Of a DNA stretch of 64,000 bases, positions 7,443 through 16,486 are shown one piece after another; positions within the stretch are counted from its first letter, which is position 1, and each line of letters begins with the position of its first letter. A program made the position numbers and the translations under genes. Where the stretch lies: the NCBI GenBank assembly GCA_905236715.1, contig CAJOMQ010000007.1, forward strand, positions 3,254 through 67,253, written 5' to 3'. Below the pieces are notes generated by a model. That model saw only the letters and a list, made by a program, of their open reading frames with translations. It was not told the origin of the DNA and ran no database searches. This stretch comes from an uncultured Bacilli bacterium (GTDB taxonomy: Bacteria > Bacillota_I > Bacilli_A > RFN20 > CAG-826).

Positions 7443-8738
7443 ATGAAGAGATGTAAATGGTTATTACCAATCGCCTTGGTTACTTTATTAATGGGATGTA
7501 ACCAGAGAAATAAAAAAGATGATTCTAGTGATGATCCCGCGCCCGCGATTGGATGGTCAGAAGAAGTCAAATCAGAGATGCAAAAATATTTAGGTGAAAT
7601 ATTACCTTATGCTCCCTTAAATGAAGAAACTTTATATCATACGTACGATGATTCTTATGAAGATTATGGATTTGGCGTTTATATTATTGGCGATGATAAC
7701 GAGGTCAATGTTTTAGAAGAAATTAATTATTCCTCTTTACTCATTGAAGCCGGCTTTAGTGAAGAAACCGAAGACGATACTATTTATTACACCAAAGATA
7801 TTGGTGATGACACTTTAGAAGTGGTGTTTCAATATTTTGAAGAAACCGATGAATACGCCGCGGGAAATGAAATAGATGTTTATTGCCCCGTTTATTCTGA
7901 ACCCACTAGTGAACAAGACCTCATTGATGATGGTTATACCAAACAACTTGGCTGGCCCACTGAATTAGTCGCAAACACTTTAAATGGCTGTGATATTACC
8001 ATCACTGGTGTAAATACTTCTGGCTATTGGTTTGTTGCCACTGAGAAATACGAAGATACCGATGAAGGATATTATTACGAATGTTTATATTTAGCCACTG
8101 AAGGTGATTATGTTGATGAATTTGTTTCCGCTTTACCAAGTGTCTTAGTGTATGACGAAGATTGGGATGATTATTACGACGAAGTATCCGAAGTAGATGT
8201 TGAGGTTTCTTTTGATGGAACATTTACTTTTATTAATATCTATGGGCCAACATTAGATTTAGAAATCGAAATAAATGATGATATATCTGGCGAAGAAAAT
8301 GTCGATGGTAAAATCGTGGTCACTTATTCTTTAGCTAGTTTAAGTGGTTACACTGATAACACTTCGTTTGATGGAGTAACCCTCACTTCCGAAAATACTT
8401 CTTTATCTTTTAGCAAAGGCAGTGGACAATCTAATCCCGCTTTTTATAGCGCTAATGGTGTGAGATTTTATTTTGGAAATTCTATTTCCATCAACTCCAC
8501 TGGTTCATATAACATTGAAAAAGTGGAATTTAATTCTATTACGAGAAATTCTGGTAAAGCAGTCACTACAGCCTTTTTAGAGGCTAGTGTGGGCACATTA
8601 AATGTGACTGATAGCTCCGCTTCAATTAATGATGTTAATGCTAAACAAACTACCCTTTCAATAACCAAGAAACCATCTGGAGTTACCTCCACTGGTGGTT
8701 ACCTTGTTTTTGACGAAATTGTCATTACTTTAGCCTAA
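7443..8738 (+). CDS. Acidic surface lipoprotein of unknown function
   Basis: A signal peptide with lipobox LLMGC is followed by a D/E/Y-rich region that looks internally duplicated. Confidence 0.7.
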   Translation: MKRCKWLLPIALVTLLMGCNQRNKKDDSSDDPAPAIGWSEEVKSEMQKYLGEILPYAPLNEETLYHTYDDSYEDYGFGVYIIGDDNEVNVLEEINYSSLLIEAGFSEETEDDTIYYTKDIGDDTLEVVFQYFEETDEYAAGNEIDVYCPVYSEPTSEQDLIDDGYTKQLGWPTELVANTLNGCDITITGVNTSGYWFVATEKYEDTDEGYYYECLYLATEGDYVDEFVSALPSVLVYDEDWDDYYDEVSEVDVEVSFDGTFTFINIYGPTLDLEIEINDDISGEENVDGKIVVTYSLASLSGYTDNTSFDGVTLTSENTSLSFSKGSGQSNPAFYSANGVRFYFGNSISINSTGSYNIEKVEFNSITRNSGKAVTTAFLEASVGTLNVTDSSASINDVNAKQTTLSITKKPSGVTSTGGYLVFDEIVITLA

Positions 8739-8759
8739 GAAAATATATTTTTTTAAGCA

Positions 8760-8794
8760 AAATAAAAACGTGCCTCTGTGCACGTATTTTATTA
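8760..8794. terminator. Bidirectional rho-independent terminator between convergent genes
   Basis: The hairpin is ACGTGC-CTCTGT-GCACGT (8768-8785). An A-run lies on the left and a T-run on the right. Confidence 0.6.
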
Positions 8795-8823
8795 TCTAAT
8801 AAATAAATATTTATTCAATATCA

Positions 8824-9675
8824 TCAAGGGACATATTGGCCGTTTCTATTATAGACAACACTGCCGTTGCTACAAGAAATAGTGACGTTACCAGTCGCAC
8901 CCGTAAAGAATGTATATCCACCTCCATATTCAGCAGCGGAAGCAGCAATTAAGTCTATAAATTGAGTAGTGGTGCCAGCAAAACTAATATTGGTTGTGAC
9001 GTTAGTGTTGTTCATCTTAAAGGCGTGGTTGCCAAGATATTCTAATGAAGCTGGCAAATTAATATTAACCTCAAGAGTTCTATTTGAGGTGATATTTTGG
9101 AAGGCATCATCACAAACAAGATGATAACCCTCAGGGACATTAATCGTACAAGTGAGGTGTGAAAGAAGTGGAGGGAGCGGTCTTTCAATGTTGATATTAA
9201 GGGGTTCATAAAGCCCTTTAATTGCGTATGATTGACCATTTATCGTAATGGAACTAGGCAAAGTAGTCACTGCATCATTGTCAACCCATACGATATATGA
9301 ATTACATAGATTAGTACCAGTATATTTGATAACTTCTAATTCGCCATCAACAACACCAATTTCATAGGAAATGGAACCGCCAGCAGCGACAGGGTTTTGA
9401 CCATCTGGGTATGTGATAGAAGCTCCAGGGACTTCAACGTCATCAATATATACTTTTCCATTATTATCAACTCTAATGACTTGGCCTTCTTCGATTGGTA
9501 AAGGATCTTGGAATTCCCAAGTAGGAACTTGTACACCATTATTAAGAGTTGTTTCGTTACTATTATTGAAAATCCATGCCGCATGGCCCACACCAAAACC
9601 AATAGCCCCGACTGTGACTATTGATAAAGCTATTAAGGCAATCTTATTTGCGGTATTAACTTTCTTGAGCGACAT
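8824..9675 (-). CDS. Secreted/surface protein with SipW-type N-terminal signal and C-terminal BspA-like leucine-rich repeats
   Basis: The N-terminus is KIALIALSIVTVGAIGFGVGHAAWIFNN. The C-terminus has repeats of the form ...IN.P.....LG.HAF..N... The gene overlaps the upstream peptidase gene by 20 nt. Confidence 0.55.
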   Translation of the reverse strand: MSLKKVNTANKIALIALSIVTVGAIGFGVGHAAWIFNNSNETTLNNGVQVPTWEFQDPLPIEEGQVIRVDNNGKVYIDDVEVPGASITYPDGQNPVAAGGSISYEIGVVDGELEVIKYTGTNLCNSYIVWVDNDAVTTLPSSITINGQSYAIKGLYEPLNINIERPLPPLLSHLTCTINVPEGYHLVCDDAFQNITSNRTLEVNINLPASLEYLGNHAFKMNNTNVTTNISFAGTTTQFIDLIAASAAEYGGGYTFFTGATGNVTISCSNGSVVYNRNGQYVP

Positions 9676-10597
9676 CCTCTTTTTCCTTTTCTTCTTGTGG
9701 CAAGATCACAGTTAATCTTTCGTTATAAATCTTTTGAATCTTATTAGAATAAATCGTGGAGATGGTAATCATTCCTAAGCATCCCGCTAAGGAATAGATA
9801 CCAAAGACAGATGATAAGAATAAGATGAAATAACCCATGAATTGCACTTTATTCGTGCCATTATAGACACCTCTTAAAGAATTATATGTAACTAGTTGAT
9901 ATTGACTGGGGTATAAGTCACCTTGCATCATATAGGAGAATTGTTCTTCACCTTGTGAATTGGTGTAGACATCAATCTTCACCAAACGGTGTACCACAAT
10001 CATATCTTGGTATTTAAAGGCGAATACTTTATTTAAATAATCACTAGCGATGGAATGGGTGAAATTAACACCATTATCCACGTAATAATAATTTCCATAT
10101 TCATCACGTGAGATGATTTCATCTTCGCTAGGTAATGATTTGATAACTAAAATATCACCGCGTTTAAATTCTTCTTTGAGCATCTCATCAGTAATATGAC
10201 CACCGTTTTCAGCTTTTTGATGATACAAATCATTTTCTTTATCACCGATTCCCGACATGGAATTAGAAGCGATAACTAAAGATGATGTATTACCAATAAA
10301 TATCATATTGTTATTGACATGAGTCACGGTGGCAAAAACAACTCCCACTAGCATTAGTGCAGAGAAGGCATAAACAAAACCATGTAGTACACCAAAAACT
10401 ACATTCTTTGTTTTGTGCTTTTTCTTGTCTTCTATCTTTTTATGGTGTTCTTGGATGATTTCGGAGTCTCTCTTGCCCAAATCAACCAACGCTTTCTCAG
10501 ATTTTTTAATCAAGTGGAAAGCGGTGATTGATAGAGCAAAAATCATCGAAGTGATAATGACAAGGATAATAATCAATACGACTATTTCTCCACTCAT
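9656..10597 (-). CDS. Signal peptidase I of the SipW/Sec11 (Ser-His, ER/archaeal) type with an extra N-terminal TM helix
   Basis: The motifs are SNSMSG (catalytic Ser box), RGDILVIK, VVHRLV (His box) and MQGDLYPSQ. A C-terminal TM helix is present, as in SipW. Confidence 0.6.
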   Translation of the reverse strand: MSGEIVVLIIILVIITSMIFALSITAFHLIKKSEKALVDLGKRDSEIIQEHHKKIEDKKKHKTKNVVFGVLHGFVYAFSALMLVGVVFATVTHVNNNMIFIGNTSSLVIASNSMSGIGDKENDLYHQKAENGGHITDEMLKEEFKRGDILVIKSLPSEDEIISRDEYGNYYYVDNGVNFTHSIASDYLNKVFAFKYQDMIVVHRLVKIDVYTNSQGEEQFSYMMQGDLYPSQYQLVTYNSLRGVYNGTNKVQFMGYFILFLSSVFGIYSLAGCLGMITISTIYSNKIQKIYNERLTVILPQEEKEKEDVAQES

Positions 10598-10634
10598 GTC
10601 AAAAATACTTCAATATGAAGAATTAATTTAATAA

Positions 10635-11240
10635 TTAGGCTTGGATACCAAATGTGAAGTTTAAAGCTAATGTTTTGCCGGTGAAAGCTGTTTTCATCGC
10701 ATCAACTTCTGCAACTGTTGTAGGAATATTTGCAGCGACATATTCATATGTTGGTAATGTATATGTAGCTTCGTAAACAGTTTCATCTGTGACATCTTGA
10801 ACATCATCAGCCAAAGAACCTTCGGTAAAGGAAACATAACCGGTGGTTTCTAATTGGTCGTTTTCGGTAACTTTGAATTCGACTTTTTCTTCGTCATCGC
10901 CAAAATGTAAATGTTCTTCGTTGTGAACGATGGTACCTTTTAAAGTGAGTTCAGTAATTTCATCTGATCCATCAGCTTTGGAAGAGAAGAAAATACCTGC
11001 GCCAGCTTTTCTTGTGGAAGTGCCAGTGGTTGGAGCATCTAAAATGATGTATAAGGTTTCGATTTCAGTTGAACCATTGTAGACTTTGACGTTATCGGCA
11101 CCGATAGCGCATGTCACTTTGGCTTCGCCACTAGCGCTGTCAGTGACAGTGTTGGTGAATGTCCAGGCAGCAAAACCTGTACCAACTAAAGCTAAGGAGC
11201 CTAAGCCGGAAATAAGAGCAATTTTTGTAGATAATTTCAT
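10635..11240 (-). CDS. Secreted beta-rich protein with SipW-dependent-type signal peptide (TasA/camelysin-like signal; mature part unassigned)
   Basis: The N-terminus MKLSTKIALISGLGSLALVGTGFAAWTFTN resembles the TasA signal, which as I recall reads ...LALVGGGTWAAFND. It is the first gene of the minus-strand operon. Confidence 0.5.
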   Translation of the reverse strand: MKLSTKIALISGLGSLALVGTGFAAWTFTNTVTDSASGEAKVTCAIGADNVKVYNGSTEIETLYIILDAPTTGTSTRKAGAGIFFSSKADGSDEITELTLKGTIVHNEEHLHFGDDEEKVEFKVTENDQLETTGYVSFTEGSLADDVQDVTDETVYEATYTLPTYEYVAANIPTTVAEVDAMKTAFTGKTLALNFTFGIQA

Positions 11241-11562
11241 AATTTTATCCTCCGTATTTTTGTGGATAAACCACTTTGTGTTGTTTATCTCCGAATATAA
11301 ACAATCTTGTTATGTTATACGCTCATTTATTATTAAATGCAATATATTTTTCTACTTAAAAATTTGCAAAAGATTTGTAAAAAATATTTGAAAATTAAAC
11401 TACAAATGTATATTTTGTTTGCCGTTTTTTTCTTGAAATTGTTTTATCAAATTATGACCTATTTTTAGCAATATTTTGCGATTTCATCGGTCATATAAAT
11501 TGATAATTGGAATATATCTTCGGAAAAATATTGTTGCCGATACATTTTTATTTTTGTTGTTT

Positions 11563-11598
11563 CATATGAATGCAATTTTAGTATTCATATGTTATAAT
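11563..11598 (+). promoter_or_regulatory. 9-bp inverted repeat CATATGAAT-N11-ATTCATATG abutting a TATAAT box (11593-11598), 7 nt before the ATG at 11606
   Basis: Read directly. There is no Shine-Dalgarno sequence between the -10 box and the ATG. Confidence 0.4.
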
Positions 11599-11605
11599 CC
11601 ACTCT

Positions 11606-13045
11606 ATGGCGGAAAAACGTGATTTAGAACAACAAGTTGAACAATACGAAAAAGATCTTGCCAATAGCGATCCAAAAAAGAAAAAGAAATCGACTATTAA
11701 GTATATACTTAATATTTCTCTTGTTTTAATTGTTACTGCGGTATCTATTACCCTTACGTTATGGGGTAATTTTAATAATATTCTTGCTAATTTACTCAAA
11801 TGTGACTGGAGATGGCTTTTAGCCATCGTTGGTGTCATGGGATTATCTATTTTAATCCGTTCTTTCATTTTATATTGCTTTGCTCGTTTATTTACTCGTG
11901 ATTATAAATTCCGTCAAAGTATTGCCTGTGACCAAATTGGTCAATTTTATAACGCAGTCACTCCTGGTGCCAGCGGTGGGCAAATTATGCAAGCATACAC
12001 ATATAAAAAACAAGGCGTGCAAATCTCTAGCGCGGTTAGTGCATTAGCGATGTATTCCATCATGTATCAGATTGTTTTAATTATTTATAACATCATTGCT
12101 TTCATCTTTAAATTTGACGCCATTATGAGCATTGATGTCGCTGATATTACCATTGGAGGATTTACCATACATTTACCGATTTTAGTTTTAACAATAATTG
12201 GATTTGTTTTAAACCTCGGAGTTATCTTACTTGTGCTTTTAATGGGTTATTGGCATGGTTTCCATAATTTTATTATGGGACCGATAATTGGTTTATTAGC
12301 GAAAATCCACATTTTAAAAAATCCTGATAAAACCAGAGAAAATTTGCGTGTTCAAGTGGAAAACTTCAAAATTGAATTCCGTCGATTGATTACGAACATC
12401 CCATTCTTTATTTTGGTATTTGTCTCTTTTGCGGTTTATATCACTGTCAAATTTTCTGTTCCTTATTTCTGTGGTTTGGCTTTGGGCAGTGAACATTATC
12501 AAATGAAATATTTTTGGGATAGTATTTTCTTAGGCAATTATCACCAAATGGTGACAGGCCTTATTCCTATTCCTGGTAGTGCCGGTGTATCCGAATATTT
12601 CTTCCTTACATTGTTCTATAACCGCGCAGAACCCTCCGCGGGATTCTTCTATAAATTTGCTTACGCTGATACAGCGATAGAATGTGAATCGATGACCAAA
12701 GCGGCACTACTTATTTGGCGTTCAATCACATTTATTATTCCTATTACTGTCGCTGGTTTTACTACTGCCTTTTATCGTGCTTCACCAAAACAAGAAATTC
12801 AAGAAAGAGACGATATTCTCAATCGTGGCACTTTTGTCAATTTGCAAAAAGAAACTTATGTTATGCGTAAAGAAGAAGTGGATGCCTTGGTTAACACCAC
12901 GAGATTATCGCGTCAAGCTGTCAGAGATAAATTATTTAATGCCCAAAATAGGAAGAAAAAAGACAATACGATAAATGAAAACGCCACTCCCGGAAGGGTG
13001 AGCGATGGTGACTATTCAAATGTGAATATTGAAGAGGACGAATAA
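11606..13045 (+). CDS. Flippase-like membrane protein (UPF0104 / lysyl-phosphatidylglycerol synthase TM-region family)
   Basis: The protein is polytopic. It carries the family-typical motif YNAVTPGASGGQ after the second or third TM helix. Confidence 0.65.
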   Translation: MAEKRDLEQQVEQYEKDLANSDPKKKKKSTIKYILNISLVLIVTAVSITLTLWGNFNNILANLLKCDWRWLLAIVGVMGLSILIRSFILYCFARLFTRDYKFRQSIACDQIGQFYNAVTPGASGGQIMQAYTYKKQGVQISSAVSALAMYSIMYQIVLIIYNIIAFIFKFDAIMSIDVADITIGGFTIHLPILVLTIIGFVLNLGVILLVLLMGYWHGFHNFIMGPIIGLLAKIHILKNPDKTRENLRVQVENFKIEFRRLITNIPFFILVFVSFAVYITVKFSVPYFCGLALGSEHYQMKYFWDSIFLGNYHQMVTGLIPIPGSAGVSEYFFLTLFYNRAEPSAGFFYKFAYADTAIECESMTKAALLIWRSITFIIPITVAGFTTAFYRASPKQEIQERDDILNRGTFVNLQKETYVMRKEEVDALVNTTRLSRQAVRDKLFNAQNRKKKDNTINENATPGRVSDGDYSNVNIEEDE

Positions 13046-14226
13046 TGAGAATCGCTATTTTCACTGATACATATCCTCCCTTTATTAATGGTGTTTCTAC
13101 ATCCACATATAATTTAGTGAACACCTTAAGAAATCACGGGCACGAAGTGCTCGTTGTTTCTCCACGTGTTGACGATGGGCCTTTCTATTTCGATGAAAAA
13201 AATGGCATGATCTATATTCCTGGTTTGGAATTAAAGAAGATATATGGATATCGTTTGACTAATATTTATTCCAATAAAGTGGTGAAGATTTTGCGCGCTT
13301 TCAAGGTACAGTTAATCCACAATCAAACTGATGTTGCTATTGGACAATTTGCCCGTCTTGCCGCGCGTAATTTGAAAGTGCCAATTGTTTACACCTATCA
13401 CACAGCGTATGAAGATTATACGTATTATGTTGTGAGAGGTCTCATGGACCGTATGGCCAAACACATTATGCGTGGATATGCGAAAACCACGGCAAAAAAT
13501 TGTACGGAATTTATTACCCCAAGTTTAAAAACAAAAGAATATATGCGTTCTCTTGGTAGTGATATTTATGTGAATGTTGTTCCTACGGGTATTGATTTTG
13601 CTTTATTTGATGAAAAAAATATCAATAAAGAAAGAACCGCTCTTTTTAAAAAAGAAAATCATATTAATGAAAATACCAAAGTCTTCCTTTTATTAGGTCG
13701 TGTAGCCCAAGAAAAGAGCATGGATTATTCCATTCGTGGATTTGCTAAATATCACAACAAACACCCAGAAGATGATATTAAATTATTGGTGGTGGGTGAT
13801 GGTCCACAAAAAAATGAATTGGAATTATTAACACATGAATTAGGTGTGGATCATTTAACCGATTTTATCGGTAAAGTACCAGCGGAAGAAGTGCCGTTTT
13901 ATTATCATTTAGCGGATATTTATACTTCCGCTTCGATTACGGAAACCCAAGGTCTCACATTTATGGAAGCAATGGCTAGTGGAACGATTGTTTTAGCCCG
14001 TTTTGACGCTAATTTAGCGGATACTATTACCGATGGTGAAACCGGTTTCTTTTTCACCAGTGAAGAGGGATTTGTGAATAAAGCGGAAAGAATATTCTCA
14101 TTAAGTAAAGAAGAAAGACAAGAAGTTATTGATGCCGCCTTCGCGCGCGTAGACATGTATTCTATTGAAAGATTTTATAATAACATAATGGAGGTATATC
14201 ATCGTGCCATCAAAAAATATTGGTAA
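13045..14226 (+). CDS. GT4-family glycosyltransferase, probable diacylglycerol glucosyltransferase (glycolipid synthase)
   Basis: The N-terminus MRIAIFTDTYPPFINGVSTS and the E-x7-E region ETQGLTFMEAMASG fit the family. It resembles Acholeplasma/Firmicute monoglucosyl-DAG synthases (from memory). The start overlaps the upstream stop (TAATG). Confidence 0.7.
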   Translation: MRIAIFTDTYPPFINGVSTSTYNLVNTLRNHGHEVLVVSPRVDDGPFYFDEKNGMIYIPGLELKKIYGYRLTNIYSNKVVKILRAFKVQLIHNQTDVAIGQFARLAARNLKVPIVYTYHTAYEDYTYYVVRGLMDRMAKHIMRGYAKTTAKNCTEFITPSLKTKEYMRSLGSDIYVNVVPTGIDFALFDEKNINKERTALFKKENHINENTKVFLLLGRVAQEKSMDYSIRGFAKYHNKHPEDDIKLLVVGDGPQKNELELLTHELGVDHLTDFIGKVPAEEVPFYYHLADIYTSASITETQGLTFMEAMASGTIVLARFDANLADTITDGETGFFFTSEEGFVNKAERIFSLSKEERQEVIDAAFARVDMYSIERFYNNIMEVYHRAIKKYW

Positions 14227-15016
14227 AACGATTAAGAAAGTGAAAACTAACAAGAAGAATGTGGTTATCACTTTTTCCGATGGTTCTAAGATTGATGTAT
14301 GTGTTGATGTTTTAGCGAATTTCTATTTATATGAAGGGAAAAATATTTCTAATAAGGAAATAAATCAAATCAAAGAATTTTCTTCTTATAGCACGCTTTT
14401 AAATTATGCTTTTTCCTTATTAAGAAAAAGACATTATTCCGAATGGAAAATGCGCGAGAAATTATATGCGAAAGAAGAAAATAAAAAAGCGGTCGATAAA
14501 ATCATTAAAATATTAAAAAATAATGATTTAATTGATGATGCCGCTCTGGCGGAAGATTTAAAAGAATATCTTAATGAAAAAAATTACGGAGAAAAGAAGA
14601 TATTACAATATTTAAATCAAGAAGGAATCTTCCCAGAAACTCTTAAGAATTTAAAATTCCCCGTTAGTGAAGAAAAACAGAAAGCCATTAATAATCTTTC
14701 TAAATTAGAAAAAAGATATGATAAATATCCTTATGAACAAAAAAAGAAGAAAATATATGATGCTTTACTGAATTTAGGTTTTTCTCATGATGTAGCAATA
14801 TATACTTTAAATAAAATAAAAGATATAAAACCCAAAGAAGAGAAAGAAAAATTAGATAAAGATTTTGTGAAAGCTTTACATAAATATGAAAATAAATATG
14901 AGGGCAAACAACTAAAAGAAAAAATCATCGCTTCCTTAAGAAATAAAGGATATAAGATGAAGGATATTTTATTAAAGGTAGGTAATTATGATGGTGAAAA
15001 TGATTGCGGATTTTAA
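14204..15016 (+). CDS. recX: RecX-like regulatory protein
   Basis: The protein is repetitive and helical with a RecX-like segment (WKMREKLYAKE...AVDKIIKILKNNDLIDDAALAEDL). The GTG start overlaps the end of the GT4 gene. Confidence 0.5.
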   Translation: MPSKNIGKTIKKVKTNKKNVVITFSDGSKIDVCVDVLANFYLYEGKNISNKEINQIKEFSSYSTLLNYAFSLLRKRHYSEWKMREKLYAKEENKKAVDKIIKILKNNDLIDDAALAEDLKEYLNEKNYGEKKILQYLNQEGIFPETLKNLKFPVSEEKQKAINNLSKLEKRYDKYPYEQKKKKIYDALLNLGFSHDVAIYTLNKIKDIKPKEEKEKLDKDFVKALHKYENKYEGKQLKEKIIASLRNKGYKMKDILLKVGNYDGENDCGF

Positions 15017-15926
15017 AGAACATGACCATATCAATGGACAATTTTTAATTGGCTCTGTTTCTCGTGGTGTTAATGCCTCTGGCGCCGCTTATCTTAATTT
15101 AGAATTAAGAGATGCTTCTGGTAGCATAAACGGCAAAAAATGGGATGTTAATCCCGATGACGATAATATTTATATTTCCGGGAATGTGGTCCTTATTGAT
15201 GGGGAAATCATCAAATATAAAGACAACTTACAAATGAAAATCATGTCTGGTGAATTAGTGGATCCTGCGGAAGTGGACGCAGCGAAATTTGTCAAAGCTC
15301 CTCCGATTCCGAAAGAAGAATTAATCAAAAGATTCAACGCGCATGTAGATTCCATTAAAGATAAGGATTGCCGCGTGATTTTAGATTACCTTATCGCTAA
15401 ATTATCTCCACAATTATATGATTATCCCGCGGCCGTTTCTGTCCATCACGATTATGCTTCTGGTTTATTGATGCACACCATCTCGATGGCGGATATTGGT
15501 GATTATCTCGCTAATTATTATCCCCATATTAATAGAGATTTATTAATGACCGGTATTTTATTACACGACATGGGCAAATGTATCGAATTTGAAGGCCCTG
15601 CTGTTTATAAATATTCCTTAAAAGGTAAATTATTAGGTCATATCTCCATCATGGCTAGTGAAGTCGCAGAAGCTACAGAAAAATTAAATTTAAAAGGTGA
15701 GACTCCCATCTTATTACAACACATGGTTCTTTCCCATCATGGTCAGCACGAATTTGGCTCCCCCGTTCTTCCCTTAACTAAAGAAGCTTTATTATTATCA
15801 TTAATAGATAATATAGATAGTAAGATGGTTTGTGTGGAAAAAAATCTCGAGACGATTAAACCAGGCGAATTCACCCAAAAGATCTTCGCTCTTGATAACC
15901 GCATGTTTTATAAACCACAAAAATAA
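14988..15926 (+). CDS. yhaM: 3'-5' exoribonuclease YhaM (OB-fold + HD domain)
   Basis: An N-terminal OB-fold is followed by HD motifs LLHDMGK and SHHG. Confidence 0.75.
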   Translation: MMVKMIADFKEHDHINGQFLIGSVSRGVNASGAAYLNLELRDASGSINGKKWDVNPDDDNIYISGNVVLIDGEIIKYKDNLQMKIMSGELVDPAEVDAAKFVKAPPIPKEELIKRFNAHVDSIKDKDCRVILDYLIAKLSPQLYDYPAAVSVHHDYASGLLMHTISMADIGDYLANYYPHINRDLLMTGILLHDMGKCIEFEGPAVYKYSLKGKLLGHISIMASEVAEATEKLNLKGETPILLQHMVLSHHGQHEFGSPVLPLTKEALLLSLIDNIDSKMVCVEKNLETIKPGEFTQKIFALDNRMFYKPQK

Positions 15927-15948
15927 AATATTGATTTATTTATATGCA

Positions 15949-15974
15949 AAAGGCCCATTCATCGATGGGCCTTT
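15949..15974. terminator. Bidirectional terminator between convergent yhaM and the HIT gene
   Basis: A 10-bp perfect stem AAAGGCCCAT / ATGGGCCTTT encloses a 6-nt loop. Confidence 0.75.
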
Positions 15975-15992
15975 GTTGTATTGATAATGTTT

Positions 15993-16409
15993 TTATTTTA
16001 ATGATTTTCCTATTTCTTCCGCAATCGCAGGTAAATTTAATCCATCGCTATTGCTATGCATTTCTAAGACAAATCCACCTTTATTATCATAACGGGGGAT
16101 GACATGCACATGGAAATGAGGAACACTTTGTCCCGCCGCTTCGTAACAATTAGTGAGGATATTAACACCTTGTGCTCCTAAAATTTTAATTTCCACTTGT
16201 CCGATACGTTGGGCGACATCCATCACCTTATGCATCGTTTCTTGGGGTGTCGCTAAGAAATTATCATAATGCTCTTTCGGTATGACTAAAGCATGTCCTT
16301 TAGTGACTTGGGAAATGTCTAAAAACGCTAAGACATCATCATCTTCATATAATTTATAGCAGGGAATTTCCCCATCGATAATTTGGCAAAAAATATCTTT
16401 CTTACTCAT
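15993..16409 (-). CDS. HIT-family nucleotide hydrolase (Hint-like)
   Basis: The histidine triad HFHVHVIP is present in a 138-aa protein. Confidence 0.9.
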   Translation of the reverse strand: MSKKDIFCQIIDGEIPCYKLYEDDDVLAFLDISQVTKGHALVIPKEHYDNFLATPQETMHKVMDVAQRIGQVEIKILGAQGVNILTNCYEAAGQSVPHFHVHVIPRYDNKGGFVLEMHSNSDGLNLPAIAEEIGKSLK

Positions 16410-16448
16410 TTTATTAATTACCTCTTAATATCATTATTATAAAACAAA

Positions 16449-16474
16449 AAGAGAGGTTTTACGTAACCTCTCTT
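16449..16474 (-). terminator. Rho-independent terminator of the lipoprotein operon
   Basis: A 10-bp stem AAGAGAGGTT / AACCTCTCTT is followed by a T-run on the minus strand. Confidence 0.75.
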
Positions 16475-16486
16475 GTTTTTGTATTT

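Noticed and set aside
11086-11391. A 101-aa + strand ORF spanning the start of the TasA-like gene and the divergent promoter region.
   Set aside because: It overlaps the signal-peptide-coding end of a supported minus-strand gene. The remainder is AT-rich intergenic sequence, with no RBS and no motif.
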